Positions 1 through 11,234 of a DNA stretch of 64,000 nucleotides are shown here, piece by piece. How positions within the stretch are numbered: position 1 is the stretch's first letter; each line of letters starts with the position of its first letter. Position numbers and translations under genes: made by a program. Origin of the DNA: Octopus sinensis (Eukaryota); contig NC_043018.1 in NCBI RefSeq assembly GCF_006345805.1, positions 9,176,001 through 9,240,000 of the forward strand, in the 5' to 3' direction. The notes under the pieces were generated by a model that was given only the letters and a program-made list of their open reading frames with translations, ran no database searches and was not told the DNA's origin.

Positions 1-1048
1 GGTGCCACGCAATGGGACTGAACCCGGAACCATGTGGTTGGTAAGCAAGCTTCTAAATACACAGCCACTCCTGCATATATAATTTCTGTTAAATATATAC
101 TCAATTTATGCTTAATATGTATCATTATCCTTCATTTTCTGGAAAGAAAAAATGTCTAGATGGACTATTTTCATTCAAAAGCTATTAGCGTAGTTCACCA
201 CAAAACTGAAGAATCTGAAATAAAAATGAAAGGACGTTACAACAGACTAATGAAAACATAACAATGGTGTTGCCATAGTGCGCAAACCTGCTGGGAAAAT
301 TCTTTTATCAAAATCGATTCACAGAAAATCGAGAAATCCTAAATTTCACCCCTAAGCTATTAACATGGTTCTGGGTGTATATACCAACAAGATGGAACTT
401 GAAATTTTGAAAGAAATTGTGATGTGTCAGTATATGCACCCAGCAATTTTTTTCTTTTGTCCTTTTTCACATTAAATCCTGATATAATCCTAATCCCATC
501 TACTTGAAAGATATCCGTGGAAAATTTTATCGAAAAATACGCACACAAACATAATCTTTTTCACAAAATACGACGAGGTTGCTGTTTCTAAGAAAGCTTA
601 TCATATCACTTCGATCTGATAGTCAGTTATCAACTTTCACTATCATTTTCTTTCTCTTTTTCACACATTTTTGGCCAGTCATTTAATTTCCTTAAGCTCT
701 CGTAATTTTACACAACACTTCTAAATTATGATTACGACAGTATAATTTCATTTCATAAAATTATACTAAATCAAATTTAAATAATTAATAAATTATTAGT
801 TTTATTTCTAAAAATTTGGTTGTTGCGCTTTTTGATTTTTTCGAATTTTTTTTTCTCTTTAACCGCGAAGTTTCTGTCCATTACATTTTAAATATGGGCC
901 TTTGTCCGAGGTGGGTTTCTTTTAGTCCTTAGACTTGAAAATAGTCGGCATACCTACACATGTCCCCGCTCACCCACGTCGACTGTTTGCTCATAACTTT
1001 CTGAAAAATGGGTATTCTTTTATTGAAATTTTCTAAAAATTTCTAAAA

Positions 1049-1176
1049 CCCATGGTTCCGGGTTCAGTCCCACTGCGTGGCACCTTGGGCAAGTGTCTTC
1101 TACTATAGCCTCGAGCCGACCAAAGCCTTGTGAGTGGATTTGGTAGACGGAAACTGAAAGAAGCCCGTCGTATATA

Positions 1177-1261
<85 letters not shown>

Positions 1262-1480
1262 TGCGTGTGTTTGTGTGTCTGTGTTTGTCTCTCTAGCATT
1301 GCTTGACAACCGATGCTGGTGTGTTTATGTCCCCGTTACTTAGCGGTTCGGCAAAAGAGATCGATAGAATAAGTACTGGGCTTACAAAAGAATAAGTCCC
1401 GGGGTCGAGTTGCTCGATTAAAGGCGGTGCTCCAGCATGGCCGCAGTCAAATGACTGAAACAAGTAAAAGAGTAAAGAGA
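1049..1480 (+). mobile_element. SINE family A (tRNA head, central (TA)n/(TG)n), 5'-truncated copy
   Basis: Shared body GGCACCTTGGGCAAGTGTCTTCTACTATAGCC and tail GAAACAAGTAAAAGAG; more than 20 full or partial copies in the window. Confidence 0.85.
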
Positions 1481-1559
1481 GAGTATACCTTTCAGATGGA
1501 ATAGATTTCGATTATATTGGAATTTGATGTGAAAACATGGTGGACAGACTGTTTTATCT

Positions 1560-1912
1560 TCAGGTGAGGAGGAAATTCTTGTACAAAGGTTCGTGCTGTG
1601 CGCCTCTTGGGGGCTATCCGATGGACTCCTATGTTTTGCGACTGATCGTTAAAGGATACCTGGATCGTTGAGGTGTCGATGTGAAAAGATTCAAAGGGAA
1701 TATACCTGGTGTAGATTGGGCTGGGGCATTTCTCATGACACATAAAGACCGTTTAAGAGAACGAATATGCCAAAATATCGAACGAGCACGAACTGCCGTC
1801 TCTCGACCTACAATTAACTCGTATTTCAACAATTTAGCTGAGAGCTTAGATGGTATAGCTGCACCAAATATTGTGAACTACGATTAAACAAACCTAACGG
1901 ACGACCCGGGAC
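1560..1912 (+). mobile_element. pogo/Fot1-like (Tc1/mariner) transposase fragment
   Basis: GYPMDSYVLRLIVKGYLDR*GVDVKRFKGNIPGVDWAGAFL...NIVNYD*TNLTDDPG: a Tc5-type HTH followed by the start of the DDE domain (NYDET), with in-frame stops. Confidence 0.75.
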
Positions 1913-2160
1913 CCTATCAAGCAATATGTAGAATGTGTTTGAGTCTCTTACCGTTTGTTTTAAAAATAAATTTGAAATCTGCTCTTTCTTTAATGAATAA
2001 CATTGTATGTATCATACACATATATGCTATATTCCAATAATCTTTATATGTATACATACATACATACATATATATATGTATGTGTGTGTGTGACCGCGTG
2101 TGTACCGTTGGCGATTTTTTTTCCTCTGTCTTCCCTTCTCTGGATCTTTCCTTCTCCCAT

Positions 2161-2195
2161 GTTTCCGACGAAGAGCTCCGCTCGAAACGTTGAAC
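2161..2195 (+). ncRNA. Minimal type-I hammerhead ribozyme motif (core CCGACGA)
   Basis: Stem I GTTT/GAAC, stem II GAGC/GCTC, GAAA, palindromic ACGT stem III. Confidence 0.5.
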
Positions 2196-2283
2196 CCTCC
2201 TTCTTTCCTTAGCGTCCAATAATACTATATTTGTTCCACGTCCTCGCGTTGTTGTGTTTTTTTGTGCTTTCTTGTTTGGATTA

Positions 2284-2323
<40 letters not shown>

Positions 2324-2861
2324 CGCTCGCAGATATTTCATACAACGAGCTTCTACAGAAGACACTTGCCCAAGGTGTCGCATAATGGGATTGAACTCGG
2401 ATCCCCGCGGTTGTGAATCAAACTCTTACCATACAGCCACGTCTGCACCAATGTTTATAATTAAACAAACTTATATAATCCATGACAAAACGACGGGAAA
2501 ATTTAAAGTTGAATTAACATTTGGCGATTTCGAAATTACCATATTTAAATATTGTAATTCAAGTTGTAGACATTGTGACCACATTCTATGAATTATTCAT
2601 AAATTCGTGGAGAAAAAATAGTTTTTATGTTTTTCAACTTGCGGGCAATCGCCGTGATTTTGAGGTGAAACAAACAAATATATTAATTAAAATAGGGAAT
2701 TATGTGTGACAATAAAGTTGTATATCGTAAACAGAAGTTCTTGGAATTTGATTTTAGCAAGATTTGGTAATTATTGCTTGTGAATATTGTACCGTACAAA
2801 AATACATATAGAAATACGTACAGACATACATCCATATATTCACACACACACACGCACATAC

Positions 2862-3050
2862 TCTCTTTTACTTGTTTCAGTCCTTTGACTGCGGCCATGC
2901 TGGAGCACCGCCTTTAGTCGAGCAAATCGACCCCGGGACTTATTCTTTGTAAGCCCAGTACTTATTCTATCGATCTCTTTTGCCGAATTGCTAAGTGACG
3001 GGGACGTAAACACACCAGCATCGGTTGTCAAGCAATGCTAGGGGGTCAAA

Positions 3051-3084
<34 letters not shown>

Positions 3085-3249
3085 TACGACAGGCTTCTTT
3101 CAGTTTCCGTCTACCAAATCCACTCACAAGGCATTGGTCGGCCCGGGGCTATAGCAGAAGACACTTGCCCAAGATGATACGCAGTGGGACTGAACCCGGA
3201 ACCATGTGGTTGGTAAGCAATCTACTTACCGCCCAGCCACTCCTATACC
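2862..3249 (-). mobile_element. SINE family A, full length
   Basis: Reverse complement of the family A consensus. Confidence 0.85.
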
Positions 3250-3627
3250 TATGTATACATGCATGTATACTTACACATATGCAAACATACATGTGTATGC
3301 ATGCGTACATGTACACATGCATATATATATATATATCTTTATATATATGTACGAACATACATGCCCAGACATACTGCATACATGCGTGTATAAATGCATA
3401 TCGTCATCATCGTCGTCGTAGTTTACCATCCACTTTTTCTTCTTGCATGGGCCAAACGGAATGTGTTTGGGCGTAATGATGATGGTGATGACGACGATTA
3501 TGATGATGATGACAAAGAGAAGACGGCGAAGGAAGAAGGTGATAATTATTGATGAGGGTGATGATGATGTTTCCCATGTGCAATTCCATGGTCATTCATG
3601 TGGTCCGGCGGCGACTTCAAAAGAATA

Positions 3628-4122
3628 CCGTAAATCCTCGAGTATAATCTGCATTTTTCCCCAAAAATTTAAAGGTCAACATCCATAGTGCGCATTATAC
3701 ACGAGGTTAAAAATGAAAATTATTTTCTAAGCAATCTCCGAGTCTCTATTTGCTGTTCGGTAATGTTTATTCAGACGCATTTTGTGATGTCGGGCACGAA
3801 AATACCTTAAGCTAAGCCTGAAAGCAATGAAGTCATAAAAGAATCATCCATAACTTGCAATAAGCAACATTTATTAAACATTATTACTGTTATTTCTTTA
3901 TTTTCTGCAAACAAAATGCACAAAAATGCTACACGTTTGCATTATGTTATATATACAATAATAATAAAGGACATTACCGTATACATTTTTACAAACCAAG
4001 GACGTTATATAGACCTCATTGACTCGAGTTAGAGAAGGGATGCGTATTATACACAAGGTTTAGGTTTTTCAGAGGTACAGCCCCCTAAAAATCCCCTGCG
4101 TATTATACTCGAAGATTTACGG
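3628..4122 (+). mobile_element. Tc1/mariner-type MITE with TA target duplication
   Basis: TIR CCGTAAATCCTCGAGTATAAT and its inverse ending at 4122, TA on both sides. Confidence 0.85.
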
Positions 4123-4486
4123 TAAATGTAATGTATAACCTTACAGAATGACCATGGGATGTGCAATCCCATGGCCATTCATGACCGAAGGAGGTCTTTA
4201 CGTTTTTTGTGAAAGATGCAGAACCGATTTAAAGTAAAAAATTAGAGTATTTTTAATCAAGGTTTCAGCTTGTGTGACTTTTTTACTGAATTTTTTATTC
4301 AACATTTTAATTCAGACGTAATCCAAAACGGCTGTATAACACGACACACATATACCTATATGTGTGTGTGTATATATATATACACAAAAACGCGCATATA
4401 CATACAGATACGTACATGCATACTTATATACATATCTGGATGCATGCATACATACATACACACATACATGTAAAAATGTCTGATTG

Positions 4487-4889
4487 GGATCTCTTCGGTT
4501 TGACCGGCAGTTTTGAAAATAATTTCCCCGTAACTAAACACTTTTAAACTTCCTATACTGGTAGAATGTGTTTATAAAACATCTTTTTCTCTTGGCTTTA
4601 TTGAGAAAATTCTATAGTTTGTGAGATATTTGTTTTTTTTTCTTCAATTTCTGCAATTTCAACCAATCAATGACGTTTATTGATGTAAAAAAACATTCTG
4701 TGCCATATGAATATGTCCCTCGTTTAAGAAACAGATTGGGTTTATTTACATTTCTGAAGAAGAAAGATACCCTTCCTCCTAACCCTAAAACAGATTGAAA
4801 TGCAATAGATCGATACTAGGGTCATAATTATGGGAGACAATTTCATATGACACTGCTAGAAAAATTTGCCGTCCAAACCGAAAAGATCC
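4487..4889. mobile_element. MITE with GGATC-starting TIRs and 8-bp TSD (Merlin-like, superfamily tentative)
   Basis: TSD TCTGATTG at 4479-4486 and 4890-4897; imperfect TIR of about 28 bp. Confidence 0.7.
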
Positions 4890-5162
4890 TCTGATTGATA
4901 TAAAATGTCAGTCTTTGCTTAATTTTTTTAGCGACACATGGTTTTTAATTTAACCTGACATTTTTCAGAAGAAACGAAGGAATTTTATTTATTTATTATT
5001 ATTTTTTTTTTTTCTTTTAATCATTGGTTAAATTCAAACATTTTCACAGATGAACGCAGCAACTGTCATCCCCAGCCGCAAAACGAACACTAAAAAGGAA
5101 TTTTTAAATATCTACTTTACAATTCAAATCGATCGGCCCAAACACGACGGTTAAGTTTCACA

Positions 5163-5325
5163 ACCGCGACCACCACCACCACCACCACCATCGCCGTCAC
5201 CACCACCATCGTCGTCGTCACCACCACCACCACCATCGCCGTCATCACCACCACCGTCGTCGCCACCACCACCGCCGTCGTATTCGCCACCACCACCACT
5301 ACCACCATCGCCGCCGCCATCCCGC
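5163..5325. repeat. Compound (ACC/GTC/GCC) trinucleotide repeat
   Basis: Direct reading. Confidence 0.9.
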
Positions 5326-5881
5326 CCTTCTATCAACCGCCACACTGTTTTCCATTAATTATGTAACTCAAGGCCAATTTTTGTTATTGTTCGGGTTTGT
5401 AGTCAAGTGATTCGAAAGCATTTATAGTCCTTCTTTCATTTTTCATTCGTGTCGTGCCGTAACCTGTCGGTGAATGAATTCTTTTTCTGAGAAGAGATTA
5501 CAAGCTTTTCACACCATCAGACAATCTCCCCCCCCCACCGCCCATTTCTAGGAAAAACTTAATCCTCCGACTTCAACTGCCAACTGTTTTTCCTCATGGC
5601 GCAATGTAGTCGCTTCTTTCAGCCATTAGACTACGGCCATGCTGGAGCACCGTTTTGAAGAATTTCAATCGAACGGATCGACCACAGTACATTTTTTAAA
5701 AACCTGGTAGTTATTCTATCGGTCTCTTTTGCTGAACCGCTAGCATATAGGAACGGAAACGCGCCAACATAGGTTGTCAAGCTGAGGTGGTGGGGGGGAC
5801 AACACATACATTATTGTATAATATATATATATATATATATGTATCAAATGAAATAAATGAAAAACAGGACATAAAGGATGT

Positions 5882-5974
5882 CGCGGTACACATGTTTCGA
5901 GCTTTATAAAACAACTTATTCTTACATCAATGTATAATCGACATAACAGATAGTTTAAAGCCCTCTTCAGCTGC
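5882..5974 (-). ncRNA. Type-I hammerhead ribozyme motif (canonical CTGAAGA)
   Basis: Stem II GGGCTTTA/TAAAGCTC, GAAA, stem III ACA/TGT, GTA site; one mismatch in stem I. Confidence 0.6.
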
Positions 5975-7160
5975 ATGCAATTGCTACACCAAAGACTTGT
6001 ATCACATTATAAAAGGTTTGAGAAAGAACATTTGGTATCATTTATAATGGTATACATACCGCAACATCCTTTGTGTCCTATTTTTCATTTTATTTCATTT
6101 GATACATATGTCCTCTCACCTCTGCTACTAGCTGGCATATACAGGTGCTTACATTTATCAAGTATTCAGCCTGAATTTATTATATATATATAGGCGCAGG
6201 CGTGGTAAGAAGCTTGCTTCCCTACCACATCGCTCTTGGTTCAGTCCCATTATGTGGTACCTTGGGCAAGTGTCTTCTACTATAGCCTTGGATCAACCAA
6301 AGTCTTGTGAATAGATTTGGTACATGGAAACTGAAAGAAACCCATTGTACATATATGTGCGTGTGTGTATTTTTGTGTGTCTTCACTCCATCACTTGACA
6401 AATAATGTTGGTGTGTTTACATTCCTGTAACTTAGCAGTTTGACAAAAGAGACTGATAGAATAAGTACAAGGCTTACAAAGAATAAGGGATCTATTCCAA
6501 GCGATCCAGCATGGCTGCAGTCAAATGACTGAAGCAAATATAAGATAAAGCCATCTTCATTTTTTCCCTTCTGTTCTCCTTCCCCTCCATACTACTTCCT
6601 CATCCTCCTAACCACACCTTTATCTATTCTGGCACAGTCTGTTTACGCTTCCATCTTTATTTACTTTTTGTTTCCTCCTGTTATAAGCAAAACACAGTCT
6701 TGCAGACCCACAACGTTAGAGCACACTTTTAACGCAAGACTAAGGAAGTGTCCACTCTAATGCTTAAAACTGCAAATATTGTGTCAATTTTCACCTTGAA
6801 CTTCTAAGTGAAGTGGCACTGAAAGCAGAGCTGGTACGAAAACAATTGTAACCGAACATTTAAGATGTCTTCTTAACTGGATTATATCATCATCATTTAA
6901 CGTCCATTTTCCATGCTGGCATGGGTTGGACAGTTTCACAGGAGTTTGCCAGCAGAAGTGCAGCCCAGGCTTCATGTCTTTAATATGGTTTCTACAGCTG
7001 GGATGCCCTTCCTAATGCCAACCACTTTACAGAGTGTACTGGGTGCTTTTTACATTGCACCAGCACTAACAGACAAGGATAGTTCAGTTAAAGAAGGATG
7101 CAGGAGAATGCCTGTATGCAAAGACAACCATGGTTGTATATATATATATATATATATACA

Positions 7161-7643
7161 TCGTAAATCCTCGAGTATAATCTGCATTTTTCCCCCAAAA
7201 TTTAAAGGTCAAAATCCTTAGTGCGTACTAAGTATACAAGGTTAAAAATGAAAAATATTTTCTAAGCAATGTCTGAGTCTCTATTTGCTGTCCAGCAATG
7301 TTTATTCAGACGCATTTTGTGATGTCAGGTGCGAAAATACCTTAAGTTAAGCCTGAAAGCAATGAAGTCATAAAAGCACTTTTATTAAAATAAAGGTATT
7401 CAGAACACAGAATAACATATAACAAAAACTATTTGAAAACATATTTACATTCCCATATAACAGTTAAGAACATCACCATTATTGTATTACGCATGCGCGG
7501 AAGTGTTTGTTCGACTAGGTGCTGCTGGCTTAATTACGCACGACTCAAGTTAGAGAAGGGGTACGTATTATACACAAGGTTTAGGTTTTTCAGAGGTACA
7601 GCCCCCTAAAAATCCCCTGCGTATTATACTCAAAGATTTAAGG
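7161..7643 (+). mobile_element. Second copy of the CCGTAAATCCTCGAG MITE
   Basis: Colinear with 3628-4122. Confidence 0.85.
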
Positions 7644-7953
7644 TATATATTTTATATAGATAGATGCATGTAGAATGGGCTTCTTTCAGTTTCTATCCAC
7701 TCACAAGAATGAGTAGCTCAAGCCAATTGTAGAAGACACTTACCCCCAAGGTGTTTACACAGCAGGACTGAAACCAGAACCATAGAAAATCTGTCTCAGC
7801 AAATTCTATCCAACCCATGCAAACATGGAAAAGTGGACATTAAAACAATGATTAATAACATGGATATTAGGAATGATTCTTCAGTATTTAAACCAGTGCC
7901 AGAAAATTTTTTTAAAAACCCCCCAAAAAATCAACAAAAAATAACCATATAAA

Positions 7954-8360
7954 TCATCATCATCATCATCGTTTAACATCCGCTTTCCATGCTAGCATAG
8001 GTTGGACGATTTTGACTGAGGGCTGGCTAACCAGATGGCTGCACCAGGCTCCAATATTGATCTGGCAGAGTTTCTACAGCTGGATGCCTCCGAGGAGTGT
8101 GGTGGGTGCTTTTTACGTGCCACCGGCACAGGGGCCAGTTAGGCGGTACTGGCAACGACCTCGCTCGAATCCTTTTACATATGCCACCAGCACAGGTGCC
8201 AGTGAGGCGACTTTGGTAACGACCACGCTCGAATGGTGCCCTGTTACATGCCACCGGCACGGAAACCAGTTAGCCGCTCTGGCAGCAATCACGCTCGGAT
8301 GGTGCTCTTGGCACCCTACTAGTATGGGCACAAGTGCCATTAAGGCGACGCTGGTAACAA
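7954..8360 (-). mobile_element. RTE-tail non-autonomous retroelement (family D) with internal GTGCCACCGGCAC sub-repeats
   Basis: 3' end CCAACCCATGCTAGCATGGAAAGCGGA.GTTAAA(CGATGA)n. Copies near 11720-11915, 13890-14290, 28425-28730, 40300-40640, 46300-46590, 51963-52400. Confidence 0.75.
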
Positions 8361-8761
8361 ATAAATGAATGTAAGTAGTCTTTTTCCTGTTGTCTCATAA
8401 AAATAAAAGATTTATATCAAAACTGAAGGTTTTATTTGCTCTCATATTTCTTACGCCTTTGTTACAGGATCTGCGAATATACAGGAAATGCCATTGATAT
8501 GCAGATATTTACATGGATGCATCTTTACAAACACTGACTCACACTCAACGAGTTGCTTCCATCTGAAATCAATAAAATGAATCCAAGAGACACATATTGA
8601 TTGGAAATAACCAAACACAAAATACAGATATCTGAGATTTATTCCACTTGTTGTTTGAGTAAAATAAATAGTTTAGCAGTTTTCTTTCTTTCTTTCTTTT
8701 GAGTGAATAAAGAATAATTTTTATCATTATTTTTACATTTACAAATAGATTAGTAATAAAC

Positions 8762-8767
8762 TTTATT
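8762..8767 (-). terminator. Candidate polyadenylation signal AATAAA of POLR3E (a second candidate lies at 8432-8437)
   Basis: TTTATT on the + strand about 300 nt past the stop codon, in AT-rich sequence. Confidence 0.4.
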
Positions 8768-9065
8768 TACAAGCAGATTTTAATTATTTTTAATAATTTT
8801 AATTATTGTTGTTGTTCTTCTTCTTCTTGTGAATTTCTCTCCTTGAATACATCCATTGTATCTTTGTAGAGATTTTTCTGCTATAGTCGTTTTGTTTTTT
8901 TTTCAATGTGAAAATATCAAATTGTGTTGCAGACACACAACCATGCAATATCTCCCAGTGAAGAAAAGAAGATATCCACGTTGATATGTGATAATTTAAT
9001 AGAATGATGGCAGAGGTCAACAAGGAAACGAGACAGGGGTGGTGGTGGTGGTGGTGGTGGTGGTG

Positions 9066-9128
9066 TCATGACTCCTCTGTGTTGACCCCTTTCAAATACC
9101 AACATGACCCTTTCGTGATACAATAATC
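9066..9128 (-). CDS. POLR3E: POLR3E terminal exon 18 (DYCITKGSCWYLKGVNTEES*)
   Basis: caatttcAG acceptor, TGA stop. Resembles the human C-terminus DCCVSYGGMWYLKGT. Confidence 0.93.
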   Translation of the reverse strand, partial: DYCITKGSCWYLKGVNTEES

Positions 9129-9671
9129 CTGAAATTGAAAGAAGAAAGGAGTTAGAAACAATCCAGTCTTTGTAATTAGCAGAAATATATTTAGATTTGG
9201 GTTTTGCTGTTAAAAGATACTGGTGTAGGGCTACGGGGTTAAGGAGTTTGTTTCCCAGTTACATGGTTTCAGGTTCAGTCCCATCGTGTGGCACCTTCTA
9301 CTATAGCCCAAGGCTATAATGTGGTGGATTTAATAGACAGTAACTGAAAGAAGTTGAGAGAGATAGAGAGAGAGAGATAGAAAAATAGAGAGAGTGTGTG
9401 TATATTATCATTTAACGTCCACTTTCCATGCTGGCATGGGTTGGATGGTTTGACTGAAAACAATTTCACACACACACACACACATGTATACATACATACA
9501 CCTACATGCGAGAGAAAGAGAGAGAGAGAGAGAGGGAGAAAGAGAGAGCAGGAGTGTGTGTACATGTTCATATCTTGCTTTGGCATTTTGCAGCTGTATA
9601 ACGAGTATTTCTGTCACAAGATGAGAGGAGACAGAAAAGGGACGAAGGGAGAAAACTGAAGTTATCCTTAC

Positions 9672-9797
9672 CCGTAACAATTTTTTACAGTCGTTCTCAG
9701 AGATGGGGCAATCAAGTACCTCATCCACTTTCTTCTTGAACAGGTTCGATGCTACGCGACAAGAAGTCTGTAACATACCAATAAGTACACCTCTCAT
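9672..9797 (-). CDS. POLR3E: POLR3E exon 17 (MRGVLIGMLQTSCRV...DCKKLLR)
   Basis: catttcAG acceptor, GTAAGG donor, 126 nt. Start of ORF 9408..9797. Confidence 0.9.
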
Positions 9798-9992
9798 CTG
9801 AAATGAAAAAAACAGGAAGATTTCTAAAGATTCTGCAACTGAGTAATGGACCCTTAACGAGGATCTCTGAAATTAAGCAAATACTCTAAAGAGAAGATAA
9901 TTGCAGCGTGGAAGGTGTTTGTAAGCCATTTAAGAAACACACAAAAGCCGTTCGATTCACTTCAACATTTAAGTTTAATTTCTTAAAATATT

Positions 9993-10043
9993 TTTGTCAG
10001 TGAACAGGTCGCGGTCTTAAAGCAACGAAAATATTTTGACAAA
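9993..10043 (+). ncRNA. Hammerhead-like motif with G3:C8 core (GTGAACA)
   Basis: 7-bp stem I TTTGTCA/TGACAAA, stem II GTCGC/GCAAC, GAAA, palindromic AATATT stem III. Confidence 0.45.
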
Positions 10044-10051
10044 TTAAACAA

Positions 10052-10314
10052 CCCTTTTGTTACTAACCCGGCCAAAACTCTGGCCAAAACCCGGCCAAAA
10101 CTCTGGCCAAAACCCGGCCAAAACTCTGGCTCTGTAGTACATATGTCTTATTTTCATAAGTTTTGAATAAAAATCTTCCGTCAAACCTTAGTCACAATTT
10201 ATACTCCTAACACTCGCTTAATGATAACTAAGTTATTTTACTAAAATCTTCGTTATATTTGAAATAAGTGAAAGAAACACAGAGCATCTCAAAATAAATA
10301 CAGTAACGAAAGGG
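10052..10314. mobile_element. piggyBac-type MITE with an internal 23-bp tandem repeat (about 3 copies)
   Basis: CCCTTT...AAAGGG termini and right TTAA; homologous in reverse to 43903-44122. Confidence 0.7.
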
Positions 10315-10694
10315 TTAAATGTTGAAGTGAATCGAACGGATTTTGTGTGTTTCTTAAATGGCTTACAAACACCTTCCACGCTGCAATTGTTTTCGTTTCA
10401 GCACACGATCTCAGATCAAATCACTTGCTATGCAAGTACATCTCTAAAGAGAAGGGTATCTTTGTATATGACCAATACTAATTTAACCTATTTAAAGAAG
10501 GAAAAATAAATAAAAGCTAGTGATGTCGTTTGTGAAGTTTGAACTCGGATTCATTCCTTAACACTTCGGTTATTAACCAGTCAAATATTTTATGATTACA
10601 TCAGAAAACAGGAAAATGTTACACATCAAACAGGAGTTTGTCTGCCTGTCTATAATTTTTTTTTTTTATTTAATAATGATTTTTCAACAGTATA

Positions 10695-10856
10695 GGCGCA
10701 GGAGTGGCTGTGTGGCAAGTAGCTTGCTTACCAGCCACACGGTTCCGGGTTCAGTCCCACTGTGTGGCACCTTGGGAAAGTGTCTTCTACTATAGCCTCG
10801 GGCCGACCAAAGCCTTGTGAGTGGATTTGATAGATGGAAACTGAAAGAAGCCTGTC

Positions 10857-10927
<71 letters not shown>

Positions 10928-11136
10928 GTGTGTGTGTGTTTGTCCCCCCAACAATGCTTAACAACCGATGCTGGTATGTTTATGTCCCCGTTACTTAGCG
11001 GTTCAGCAAAAGAGACCGATAGAGTAAGTACTAGGCTTACAAAGAATAAGTCCTGGGGTCAATTTGCTCGACTGAAAGGTGGTGTTCTAGCATGGCCGCA
11101 GTCAAATAACTGAAACAACTAAAAGAGTAAAAGAGT
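10695..11136 (+). mobile_element. SINE family A, full length
   Basis: Head GGCGCAGGAGTGGCTGTGTGG with B-box-like GGTTCAGTCCC. Confidence 0.88.
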
Positions 11137-11168
11137 AATACGGTTACATAGGTAGAATAAAAACTTAC

Positions 11169-11234
11169 CGGATCTAATCCGTCACCAATTCTGGAAGCTA
11201 AGAATACAGGTTCCTCAATGTATTGTTTAGGCCA
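11169..11234 (-). CDS. POLR3E: POLR3E exon 16 (WPKQYIEEPVFLASRIGDGLDP)
   Basis: tttttatcAG acceptor, GTAAGT donor, 66 nt, in phase. Less conserved than the other exons. Confidence 0.85.

Noticed and set aside
5117-5345. Val-rich and Gly/Asp-rich ORFs
   Set aside because: Translations of a trinucleotide repeat; no splice or start context.
8917-9123. Alternative-frame poly-proline ORF over the last exon
   Set aside because: Produced by a (CCA)n repeat just after the true stop codon.
10065-10130. 23-bp direct repeats resembling a CRISPR array
   Set aside because: The units are contiguous with no unique spacers, lie inside a MITE, and the context is eukaryotic.
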